From NCBI GenBank assembly GCA_043228905.1, contig JBHGNT010000003.1, forward strand, positions 9,920,001 through 9,984,000: a stretch of 64,000 nucleotides of DNA, given 5' to 3'. Source of the stretch: Azolla caroliniana (Eukaryota; Plantae; Polypodiophyta). Shown piece after piece: positions 1 to 11,385 of this stretch (position 1 is the first letter of the stretch; every line of letters starts with the position of its first letter). Position numbers and translations under genes: made by a program. Under the pieces are notes generated by a model. The model did no database searches. It saw nothing but the letters and a program-made list of their open reading frames with translations, and had not been told where the DNA came from.

Positions 1-639
1 TTTGCTTGAGCGGGACCACTGGGGTCTTGGACCAAGGAGGATGTCCGTCAAGGTATTGAGAAGAGGACAATGTGAATGTAAGATTGGAGGAAGACCTATT
101 ACACTTGAGAAGATTGAAGATTGTACACTTGAGAAGTAGATAAATAATTACAAGATAGATGCGAAGAAGAAGAAGAAATAGAAGCGTATATTATTGATGG
201 TGATGATGATGGTCATATCATATTGAGCCCCCCCTTTACACAAGCCGTACTAGGGGTTTTATAGGTTTGTCGATGCACAAAACCATGGGCTTGGAGCCAT
301 GGTTTCTGTGCACACAGTTTTGCTTTGTGACATGTAGGAAACCATGGGCTTAAAACCGTGGTTTTGTGTACACGGTTTTGTTCGTTTGTTTCCTACGGAA
401 TATTGAATATGAGAAAGAAATATAGAACATCTAAAGCACTTAGTAATAGCTTTAGCGGTAAGGTAATTGCCTCTTATCTTAGAGGTGCAAGGTTCAAATC
501 CTACTTGCAACCCTCTACATGCACTCAATGCCATTGTGACCTAGGCTTATTTATTTTCATTTTTTACAAGTATTCGTGAAATGTGTGTGGATCCTCAATT
601 TTTGACTTTTTCTCGCACTAGACATGCCACATTACGACA
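1..639 (-). mobile_element. Ty3/Gypsy-type LTR (partial; runs off the window start) inserted into Copia element A
   Basis: Minus strand begins TGTCGTAAT at 639, like the TGTCGT termini of the other Gypsy LTRs here. 1-40 reverse-complements to the shared U5 motif GGTCCAAGACCCCAGTGGTCCC. Copia internal sequence resumes at 640. Confidence 0.75.
440..512 (+). promoter_or_regulatory. tRNA-like Pol III A-box/B-box cassette within the LTR, antisense to the element
   Basis: TAGCTTTAGCGG (A-box-like, 447-458) and GGTTCAAATCC (B-box consensus GGTTCRANNCC, 491-501) at tRNA-like spacing. Confidence 0.55.
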
Positions 640-3600
640 CCACTCAGTCGGGTCGTGATCGGAATTTCTTCGAACATGCGTGTAAGGCGATCTTGATCCT
701 CTATCTCTTGTTCGGCGGATTCATGGTCGAGCGGAATCAGAGTTGAAGTTGTCTCTAGTGCGTACCAGGATGCGGACTCGTCAAAAACGACGTCTCAACT
801 TACTCGAGATTTTCGAGTTGAGGGGTTGTAGCACTTGTACCCCTTTTGCTCCAGTGAGTATCCTACGAGGATACATTTCTCCGACTTTGGATCAAGCTTT
901 TGACGCTTCTCGTCGGGGATGTGCACGTACGCAATGGAGCAAAATATCCGAACATGCGATAGGTCCGGCTTCTTTCCAAAGAACTTCTCGTGCGGAGTAA
1001 GTTCGTGCACACCCGATGTCGTACACCGATTCATGAGATATACGGCCGTGTTAGCTGCTTCCGCCCAATACGATTTTGGCATGTGCTTTTCGTGAAGCAT
1101 AGCCCGTGCCACTTCGAGGATGTACCAATTCTTGTGTTCGGCCACTCCGTTTTGTTGTGGCGTATGTTGACACGAAAACTCTCGCCGTATTCCTTCTTTT
1201 TGTAGAAACGCCGAAAATTCGTTGGAGAAGTACTCCTTGCCTCCATCTGACTGAATACATCGTACATGTCGGCCCGTGGGTTTCTTGACTTCATTCTTAA
1301 ATTTTTGGAAGTGTTCGAACACTTTGCTCTTTTGTCGCATCGAGTAGATCCAAGTGTGCCTAGAGAAGTCGTCGATGAAGGTCACGTAGTATCGGCATCC
1401 GCCGAATGTTGTCGTTTGAGCTGGACCCCATACATCGGAATGAATTACGTCGAGTACGCCTTTGCTCATGTTCCGCTCCTTCGGAAATGGGTGCCAATGT
1501 TGTTTGCCGAATTGGCAAGCGGCACACACGCCTTCAATCTCTTTCTCCATGAATGTCGGGAGCTTGATGACGACTCCTTTCGATTGCATTGCCTTGAGTT
1601 TTTGGAGGTTGATATGACCAATCCGCTTGTGCCATAACTCTATGTCGGAATCGGCTTTCATGCCCTTTGCGAACATGGCCGATTTCATCTCGTGTGAGTC
1701 GAGAATGAACATTCGGCGCTCTCTTCCTCCACGTGCGATGAGTCAGCCCTCTTTTTCGATGAAGCAACCGCCTTGATTAAATCGTACTTGCATTCCTTGC
1801 TCTATAATTTGGCTGACGGAGACCAAATTCTTCGTGATAGTTGGTATATGCAAGACATTTTTAATATAAGTTTGCTTACCTTCTTCTCCGAACGGAACAT
1901 TTCCGATGTGCCGAATTGGGTGCGTAGTATCGTCTCCGGTTTCGACATAGCCAGGTCGGTCCGACTCTCGAAGTTCTCGGAACCATTCTTGATGCGACAT
2001 CATATGGTTCGAGGCACCGGAATCGACGAACCATACGTCTTCCGGACCGGAGGCATTAGTAGAAGTAGAGGCCGGCATAGAATTCGCTCTATGTCTCATC
2101 ACGAACATTCCGCGGCGATCGTCATAATCGGAGTTGATGGCGTAGTTGGTGAGTTGTCGGCTAGTGGAAGCTGACTCGCGTATCTTCTTATGATTGCGTA
2201 CCAGGATGCAGACTCGTCGAAGGCTACGTCTTGACTTACCCGAACTACTCAGGTAGAAGGATTGTAGCACTTGTATGCCTTCTTCTCGGACAAGTATCCT
2301 GTGAGGATACATTCCTCCAACTTCACGTTGGGCTTCTGTCGTTGTTCGTTCGGGATCAGAGTCGAAGTTGTGTCTGGTGCGTGCCAGGATGCAGACTCGT
2401 CAAAGACTATGTCTCGACTTACCCGAACCGCTCGGGTAGAAGGATTGTAGCACTTGTATGCCTTCTTCTCGGACGAGTATCCTATGAGGATACATTCCTT
2501 CGACTTCACGTCGGGCTTCTATCGTTGTTCGTTCGGGATGCGTACATTCGCAATGCTTCCGAACACCTTGAGATGCAAGAGGATTGAGTTCCTTCCGACG
2601 AGGAGCTCGTTTGGAGTTAGCTCACGCATTCCATTAGTGGTGCACCGGTTCATGAGATAGACGGTCGTGGATGCCACGTCGGCCCAATAGAAGTTTGACA
2701 TGTGCTTCTCATGCATCATGGCACGTGCTACCTCGAGTATTTGCCGATTCTTCCTTTCGGCTACTCCATTTTGTTGGGGTGTGTGTTGGCATGAGAATTC
2801 TCTCCGAATGCCTTCACTTTGGAGGTAGGAGGTGAATTCTTCGTGGTGGCCGACTTTTCCGCAATATCCGCATTCGATTGAGGTTTGTCGGCTTGGACCG
2901 GAATGGTGGCTCCCCCTTCTTCCGAAGGTTCCCCGATGGCCTCCATCTTGTTGCCGTACTTGAGAGTTGTTTTCGTAAATCAGTCCGCCTCGTCCTTGGC
3001 CGAATCGGCCTCTTCTTGCACGGTTGCGTCCTCTTCCTTCGTCTGAATGCGTGTAGAGCATTTGGCCATCCGAGGCGCTACTCCTTGTTTGAACATGGTT
3101 TTCTTCGACCAACAACATGGATTGAAGATCGAAGAACGAGGGCGGATTCTCCCGTGCTATTACGGCAGTCTGCATCGCGCTGAATCTTGGTGCAAGGCCA
3201 TCGAGGCATATTTGCACCATCTCGTCATCCTCCACGTTTACGCTTATCGAGCCGAGAGAATCACAAAGCTCCTTGATCTTCAAGGTGTAGCTCGTGATGG
3301 ATACATCCCTTTTCTGGATATTATTCAACTCTTGGCGAAGTTGAAGCTTTCTCGCGGTAGTGTTGGCGGCAAAAATCTTTCGTAGATTCTCCCACGCTTC
3401 CTTCGGCGTCTTGGCTTCTCGAATGTACCCGAGCATGTGGTCGCGAACACATGTCTCCAAGCAATACATCACTCGGCTTGCCGCTTGCTCCCATGTTGCA
3501 TAGTCGGCGTCTTCCGGGTTGGGTCGATTTTCTTGTGCTCCTTTGATGTAGCTCCAATAGCCTTGGCTGACAAGGTATTGGTGCATCTTGTGTATTCATT

Positions 3601-4239
3601 GTTGATGCAGATTTCTTCCTTCTTTTCTTTCCCTTCTCTCTCGAACACGAGCTATGTAGTCGCACAACGATAGCGATGAGCCGGTTCTTCTTGAACGTCG
3701 ACGTAGAGCACAACACACGATCACGATGAGGCGAGTGGGCTAGATCGAGCTACCAAATCACTCTGATACCATGTAAAGAATCAATGGTGATTCTTGTGAA
3801 GCGGAAGAGATGTACGTTATGTGTGTATGTGTTTGAGAAGAGAGGAGAGGAGAGAAACACAAGATAGATAAGAGACAATATGAAGTACTCAAGAAGAAGA
3901 AGGAGATGTATATTAACAAGTAGAATATGAGATACAAAATAGCGTTACAAGGAGTCACAACCGACTTAATATGGAGTAGGAGGAGGGTGCTTTATATAGA
4001 GTCACCCTCTCTCTTCATTTACTCACTACAACGTTCACTCTCTCACTAGAGCCTTGAGGAATGTGAAGTCTTACGGTCATGGGGAATGTGGAACCATTAG
4101 TTATGTGTCATAGAATATGAATCTATGACACATAATTTAATGTGTAGAGAGTGGTGGTGTGACTCTTGACCTTTGAGTAATCATAGATTCTCAAAAGGTG
4201 TGTTCACATGTTGCTCTATGTTGAGCTTGATTCTCAACA
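640..4239 (-). mobile_element. Ty1/Copia element A (degraded; 5' LTR, PBS, gag-PR-IN), interrupted by the Gypsy LTR
   Basis: LTR 3772-4239 (TGTTGAGAATCAAGC...TTCTTTACA on minus). tRNA-iMet PBS TGGTATCAGAG at 3761-3771. Gag with CCHC knuckle, protease WFVDSGAS, GAG-pre-integrase and rve integrase (HSDVWGP, SDGGKEY, PQQNGVAE). Frameshifts and stops present. Confidence 0.93.
3772..4239 (-). repeat. 5' LTR of Copia A
   Basis: TG...CA termini next to the PBS; homologous to the LTRs at 10935-11385 and 48813-49237. Confidence 0.9.
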
Positions 4240-5169
4240 ACTATATTTGACAAACTTATTACGTGAGCCCACCATATCAGATCAATAAACATCCTAAACT
4301 TCCCGATGTGTGTAATTATCAGAGAGGTGCATCCTACCGGTAGTGGGCATTACTTCACAATTTAATTGAAAGTAACTTTTCATCCAACCAATAGCATGTC
4401 TTCCAATTGCACCTTTCATGCTTGGAACCTCTTTACAATTGAGCATATGATCCCCGCTAAGTAGACGTTGTTGTACTCTATGTAGCTGCATGTTACTAAC
4501 ACATAACGCAATTTTGAATGCAACTCTACATATCTCTTGCGCATGGAAGATATAATACTCGAATGATACTTTGATCCCCGTACATTTGTCAGAGACTAGT
4601 TGCATATGTGACCCGAGGTAAGTGTCTTGCTCATCACCAGTCATCGAAAAATAGTATCGCCTTAATTCTTGCAACTTTGATTTTCCAATCATAGACATAC
4701 AACCACGGGCACAACATATTTTTTTGACATCAAATCCAATTTGCTTATCTGATGTCACCAAATTAAATTTAGCCAGACGAATTCTTCGTGGGATTCTTCT
4801 AATATGCATAGGGCTTCCAGATTTCTCTTCCTGCATAGAAGTTGGTGTAACCTTGCGACTATCCAATTCTTTGTTGTGACCATCGCTCATGATATTCGAT
4901 GTTTTATTGGCACTAGCTTCATTCTCCGTATCTTTATTAATATCGTATTCTTCAATAGAGAACTCTTCACATGTGTCATTATTCATAGGCGTTGTAGGTG
5001 AAGATGAGCTTAGACAATATTCTTCGATAGAAAATGGTGAGTCTGTCGATAGACAATATTCTTCAATAGAAAATGGTGAGTTTGTCAACAGACAATACTC
5101 TTCGGTAGAAAACGAAGAGTTTGATGACAAACAATATTCTTCAATCGAGAACGGTGAGTCTTCACTCAT
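4240..5169 (-). pseudogene. N-terminal part of a probable Sola-like (DUF7869-associated) DNA transposase, cut by the Copia A insertion
   Basis: 291-aa ORF with CCxxxC...R..Y..M...EQ..YL, ICRVAF...L.VS, W...YF...CE.MP...HL motifs that I recognise as Sola-type. The frame continues through two point-mutation stops (HREV*DVY*SDMVGSRNKFVKYS) up to the LTR edge. Confidence 0.55.
5012..5165. repeat. 39-bp tandem repeat x4 encoding SPFSIEEYCLSxx
   Basis: Units start at about 5012, 5051, 5090 and 5129. Confidence 0.9.
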
Positions 5170-5918
5170 GGCTTAAGGTTCACACTGAGCTCTTTAAGTT
5201 ATGTGCTTAAGCTAACATAAAAAACTGATAAGCTCCTCTCTAAACATATACTCCTCTCTAAACATAAACTCCTCTCTAGACAGAAGCTCCCTCAATATAA
5301 TGTCTATATTATTTAATATTATATTAATACAATAAATAAAGATATTATTTTTAATATAATAATTGTATTCAACATATTAATAATTACTTAAACTAGTCTG
5401 TATAAAGTTAAATAAAGTATAATATAGTTACAATCATTACCAAGCCATATATATGTTGGTTTAAAGTTAAAATCATTGGTTAATTAATGGCACCCATATT
5501 TAATATAGAACTTCTAAGTCATTGGTTCATTCATGCCCACCATTTTAAATATAAGACTTTTCAATCGGCCACATCTTTACTATAAAGCAATTAAGAGTCA
5601 TAAAAATGTTGCTTTGAGTATTCAATCATTGGTTCATTCATGAACCTCTATCATTACTTCTTTCATGACCTTCAAAGTCATTGTATGTTAGTTTGACTAT
5701 AAAATAATCACTATTATGTTAGTTTGACTATTTAATCATTGATGCATTCATAAGCATCATTTATTTCAAATCCATTAGAGAGTGAACCGTACACTCAAGA
5801 TCAGGTACTAAATAAAGTAACTCTGGTTGTAGTGACTGTGGTTACTAACTAACTAACCTTAAGGTTGTCAACCTTGGTTAAAGTGACTATGGTTACTTTA
5901 ACCACTGTGGTCAATCCC

Positions 5919-5926
5919 TATAAATA
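5919..5926 (+). promoter_or_regulatory. TATA box of the divergent gene
   Basis: CCTATAAATA about 120 bp upstream of ATG 6043. Confidence 0.5.
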
Positions 5927-6042
5927 GGAAGACCTCCTCATATTTCAATCAAATGAAGCACACACGCAAAACAAAGCAAAAGAGCACACAGAGCACGAAA
6001 CACCAAACTAAGATATCCCTCTAAGCATCGACAACGTCTGCC

Positions 6043-7298
6043 ATGTCTTCAAAGAAAATCGAGCGCCAAGACTCCAGGTAAGCGTCTGACACTCTGGACA
6101 TTTTTGTAAATATGTTTTAGCACTCAAGAACTCGATACGCCGTATCGAGTTCCTGTTGAAAGTTTGCGTTTTCAAAAGGAACTCGATATGCCGTATCGAG
6201 TTCCTGTTTAAAGATTTTGTTTTAAACGGGAACTCGATACGCCGTATCGAGTTCTTGTATAAAGTTTGCGTTTTCAACAAGAACTCGATACGTCATATCG
6301 AGTTCTTGTATTATGTTCGTGTTTTATAGAGGACTATCATGTTCACTCAATACATGATTGATATTTATAGTTTACCACAAATTGCCTGCTAGTTTTAGAC
6401 TTCGTCTAATTATGTATATTTTAATATACAACCTTAATCTACGTGACCACCTAAGTTATGTTTTTGCATGTCCTTTCTTAAATAGGTCATTTGAGAACTT
6501 ATCAGACTGACCTGTGAAGAAGATAAAGCTCCGAATACAGGGCTCTCCAATTGAGACCCAGGCCCTAATAGTTCCTAAGAACATGAAGAGAGGAAAAAAG
6601 CTTCTCTTGAACGAGGAGACAAAATCTTAACCATCCAATGAGGTTAGCCAAAAGAAAGTGTTAGCAACTACTGGTGGTGAGGACCTTCTTGACTGTGATC
6701 TAACAGACAAGGAATGGTGTATGCAATACGTCGACTCCAAGAAAAAAGGGCGACGGTCAACTTGAAAATAAAACCGCATTTATGTATGACCGTATTCTAA
6801 GATTTGACTACGAATATTCAAATTTAGCCAACTTACTTGTAATGATTGAGTGCTCTAAGGGGGTACGTAAAGTGTACCTTTCTGAAGATCTACAATAAAG
6901 GAATCTTGTGGGCCAGAATCTTTTAAAAAAGATCTACAAAGCTCACAAAACCTTATTGTCACCTTGAGGCCTTATATACAAGGCCATGTAACTCTAAGGG
7001 AGCCCTTGCCCTCCCCAGTGAAGGCCCCGAAAAGGGCATCTAAAGTGCAATCAAGACTAGCAAGAAAGAAGACCACTGAAATGTCGGACTCCGACTCATC
7101 AAGCTCAAACGAAGATGAGGACACTAAGGGGACGCCAAGAGCTGAGCTAGCATCGGGTGTGTTGTCATCCGAGCAGAATAAGATACGAAGAGAGTTAATG
7201 CAATGTAAACAGGTCAGAAAAGGGCAAGTGTTTAATTTGCCTATAACACACATCCATCGGCCCCATTTAGATGAAAAAACAAGACGAAGACCACTTGA
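6043..7298 (+). pseudogene. Degraded spliced gene of unknown function (exon 6043-6077, intron 6078-6485, exon 6486-~7298), divergent from the transposase
   Basis: ATG TCT TCA...TCC AG|GTAAGC donor and TTAAATAG|G acceptor join in frame (MSSKKIERQDSRSFENLSD*PVKKIKLRIQG...). Scattered stops and frameshifts; truncated at the junction with the Gypsy integrase. Confidence 0.5.
6128..6305. repeat. Array of four 25-bp palindromes at 51-bp period
   Basis: GAACTCGATACG-C-CGTATCGAGTTC (minor variants) at 6128, 6179, 6230 and 6281; the spacers are related and partly self-complementary. Confidence 0.92.
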
Positions 7299-9005
7299 GA
7301 TGCAATACCTGGTGCTTGCACGAGAGGACTTGACGAATCAGGTGGAGGGTCGTGCATTGCCGAACAAGACGACCGCAACTGTGTGTCGGTTCTTGATCGA
7401 AGAGGTGGTATGTCAGTATGGATGTGTAGGGAAGATCATGGCTGACTGGGGAGAGCTGGATGCGCAGGAACTCGAAGAGTTGTTCGACCGATTAGGAGTT
7501 AATCTCTCCCTCACTACGGCGTACAACCCGAAGGCTAACGGGAAGGTAGAGCGTGGGCACAGACCGATCGTGAAGGAATTAGTACGCGCATGTGAAGGTC
7601 AAATCGGGGGTTGGCCGCGGCTCCTACCTTATGCACTATGGGCGAACCGAACTACGCACAGTTCAGCGATCGGGTTCATGCCGGCGGAGCTGATATACGG
7701 GCAGAAGTCGATCATGCCGATTGAACAGACGAACTCCTCATGGGCCGCGGTGGACTAGAGAGACGAGATGAGCTGGGAAGAGCTGTTAGCAGCGCGGATT
7801 CAACAACTCGAGCGAAGACCAGAGGATGTGGAACAGGCTAAGGCGAAGCTGCACGCGGCGAAGGCGAGGAACAAGGGCCGTTTCGACCGAACGCACCGGC
7901 TATGGCCGAAGAAGATCGAGGAAGGCGACTGGGTGGTGGTTTACAACAACAGCCTCGACAATTACCACAAGGTGACACAGAAGTTTGCGAGGAGGTGCTT
8001 TGGGCCCTACACCGTAATGAGCGCAAACGACAACGGTACTTACCACCTTGCGGAGCTCGATGGGATGCGGATAGCGGTGCCGGTAGCCGGGAAGAGGATC
8101 AAGGCCTTCAAGAATTGGCATGAAGACGAGCCAGACCCGAGAAGCGAGGACGACGATGACAACCAGCTCGGAGCGGATGAAGTTTCGGAGTGCGACGGGT
8201 GAACGTGAGCCGGTTTTCTCCAACATTTGTCCCTCTCTGGCGCATGCCGGTGGATGCGCGGTTTGGTGGGGGTGGATGTCGTGAAGAAAACCGGCCTTAG
8301 GTGGAATCGGTGAAAAAGTCGCGTGAACCGGCCCTTACGCGTGGGCACAAGTATTGATAAGGAGTACATAATTAGGAATAGGTAGGCTGATGAAAATATA
8401 CTAGGTAGTATAGATTTATTAGCTAGGAAATCGATGCGTATCTCTGTCCGAAAGGACAGAGAATAAAGATGAAGTATTCGGGATGTGACGACCCTCCTCG
8501 GCGGTCTATAAAAGGAAAGGGGAGATGGCTGAAAAGGGGGATCGCGTTTTGGCGAGGACAAGGTGTTGCCGGACTGGGTGCCGAGCTCTCTCCTCCTCTA
8601 TCGTTGTTCTCTGTGGGTTTTGGGTCGGTTGCCTCTGCTTCGAGGAAAGCTCGAGTGCTTCCGGTAGAGGCTCCACTGTGTGCGTGCGTGGGTGTGTTGT
8701 CACCTGTGTTGGGTTTGTTACCGGCTTGCCGGTTGTAATCTTGCAATCGTTGTAATTATTATTATTGTTGGAATAGATTCTCTTGTTTTCCCCCTCTCAA
8801 TGTTTTCCGGCGTGATTCCCTTTCATTATCGGGTGCGCGCGTCTCTCTTTGTTCTGCATACGCTGTCGTGGTTCATTCGGCTGGTAAGAGCTGCTTGCCG
8901 GAGCGGGTATTCACCGGCCTGACTCTCTCTCTTCGATCTCTTGCACTCCTCGGTCCAAGGCCCTTGCGGTCCTGCCCTAGTTTCTCACGCGTAAGCGAAA
9001 CAACA
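7299..9005 (+). mobile_element. 5'-truncated Ty3/Gypsy element (integrase C-terminal part, PPT, 3' LTR 8277-9005)
   Basis: YLVLAREDLTNQVEGRAL...TTAYNPKANGKVERGH...GPY is homologous to the integrase at 56.6-57.4 kb. GGTGGGGGTGGA PPT, then an LTR running TGTCGT...CAACA. Confidence 0.9.
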
Positions 9006-11385
9006 TGACCCGGAGTATGAAGACGATCACTTCGACGGCAACGAATCGACTCACTCCCTCGATAGTGAGTTCGAAGGCCTTAACATCCGGAAAAATGGAC
9101 CAAAGAAAGCCTTAGTATCCGCAAACAAGAAGCTCCGCCAATCCACCCGTGAAAAGAACCTTGTAAGCCGATTCGGTTACAACGATTATATGGCGTACCA
9201 TTACACCTTTATGATGAAGGTAGCAATAGTATGAGAGCCGAAAACCTTTTCCGAAACCATGAAGGACCCGCGATGGGTCGAAGCAATGAACGAGGAGATG
9301 TGGGCACTTTGCAAGAACAAAACATGGGATCTCGTTCCCCACTCACCGCACAAGAAGGAGATCGGTTGCAGATGGATCTACAAGGTGAAGTATAGCGCCG
9401 ACAGCTCTATAAACCGCTACAGAGCTCAACTCATAGTGAAGGGATACGCACAAACACATGGAGTCGACTATGAAGAGACATTTGCCCCGGTGGCAAAGAT
9501 GACGACTGTGCAGACCGTAATTGCACTCACAACGACGAAAGGGTGGCACCTCCATCAGATGGACGTAAAGAACGCCTTTCTTCAAGGCGAATTAGAAGAG
9601 GTATACATGGTACAACCACCTGGCTTCGAATTGCGTACTCATCCGAAAGCCGTGTGCTGACTCAAGAAGCCACTCTACGGCCTCAAGCAAGCACCTTGTG
9701 CTTGGCATTTGAAGATTACACAATATCTTCATCAAATCGGCTTTCGAATGTCGAAATCCGACAAATCTCTCTATGTACGAAACGACTGTAGAAGCTCAAT
9801 TGTCATCATCCAATACATGGATAATCTGGTTATTGGAGGTGAGCATTTAGTCAATATCAACAAGGTCAAGTCCCTCCTCTTCGGCAAATTTGAGATGACG
9901 AACATGAAGGAGCTCCATTACTTCCTTGGAATCGAAGTAATTCGGATTCTGAGTGGCATTATGATCTCTCAACGACACTACATCCTCAACTTGTTATACA
10001 AGTTCGGGATGGCTGAGTGCAAATCTGTGGCAACCCCTCTCGATTGAAACCTCAAACTAGATGCTGACTCCGGCACAGACGAGTGTGAGTCAACTCAATA
10101 TCAAAAATTGATTGGGAGCCTCATCTATCTCATGATCACTCGACCCAACCTCAACAATCTGGTCGGCCTCCTTAGCCAATTCATGCAAACTCCACGAGAT
10201 ATCCATTTTGATTGCACTAAGCGAGTATTACGATACATGAGCGGCACAATGGATTACGACATCCTCTTTGCATCGGCCACACGAATTCGATTCGAAGGGT
10301 ACACGGATGCCGACTAGGCCGCCTACAGAGTTGATCGATGATCGACCTTCGGATTTGTCTTGTCGCTCGGTAGCAGAGCAATATCTTGGAGTAGTAAGAA
10401 GCAGCCTACCATCGCATCGAGTACGGAGGCCGAATATAGGGGCGCAGCTGTACTTGCATGTGAAGTTGTATGGCTTAAGAGGAGTTTGAAGGATCTTGGC
10501 GTTCCCATCAAGGATCCGACTACCATTTCCTGCGACAACATGAGCAGTATATATCTGGCTCGGAACTGCACGCACAAAGCATATCGAAGTGCACTACCAC
10601 TTCATTCGAGAGTGTGTTTAGGCCGGAGATGTCGATCTTCTACACATCAACACGAATCTTCAGACAACCGACATCTTCACCAAGGCCCTAGGAACCGACA
10701 AGCATTGGGAATTCATGTCAGACATTGGATTGACGATCCCTGACTTGCAAAGCTTGAGGGGGAGTACAAGCGAGAACCGGATACCGTCCGAACTGGGTAC
10801 GAACCAAAGCGGACACCGAAGATCGTCCGAAGCGGATACTAGCCGAAGTGGACACCAGAGATCGTCCGAACCGGATACCAGCCGAAGCGGACATCAATCG
10901 AAAGGAACCGACCCGAGCTGAGCTTGAAGGGGCGTGTTGAGAATCAAGCTCAACATAGTGCAACGTGTAAACACACCTTTTGAGAATCTATGATTACTCA
11001 AAAGTCAAGAGTCACACCACTACTCTCTACACATTAACTATGTGTCATAGAATCATATTTTATGACACATAACTAATGAATTAAATATTCCCCATGACTA
11101 TGAGTCTTCACATTCCCCAAGAGAGAGTCGTTGTTGTAGTTATTTAATAAAGAGAGAGGGTGACTATATATAAAGCACCCTCCTCATACTTTATACTAAG
11201 TCGATTGTGACTCCTTGTAATGCTACATTTTGTATTTGCTATTCTACTTGTGAATATACACCTTCTTCTTGAGTATTCCTTTTTCTATCTATCTTGTGTT
11301 CTCTCTTCCCTCCTATAATTCCTCTAACACATACACATAACACACATCTCTTCCGCTACACAAGAATCATATCTGATTCTTTACA
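9006..11385 (+). mobile_element. Ty1/Copia element B, 3' half (degraded RT-RNaseH, 3' LTR 10935-11385)
   Basis: RT motifs (HQMDVKNAFLQG, YMDN) and RNaseH (YTDAD, SSTEAEY) with stops. PPT GAAGGGGCG. LTR of the same family as A and H. Confidence 0.92.
10800..10897. repeat. 39-bp tandem repeat (about 2.5 copies) in the Copia B 3' UTR
   Basis: Repeated CCGAAGCGGACACCGAAGATCGTCCGAA-like units. Confidence 0.7.

Noticed and set aside
440-512. Functional tRNA gene (also 51348-51415)
   Set aside because: No convincing acceptor stem or canonical anticodon arm could be folded; kept only as a tRNA-like box cassette.
6128-6305. CRISPR array
   Set aside because: The spacers are related to one another rather than unique, there are no cas genes, and the context is a eukaryotic intron.
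3772-11385. Copia A and Copia B as two ends of one element
   Set aside because: Opposite orientation, visibly diverged LTRs and non-matching flanks.
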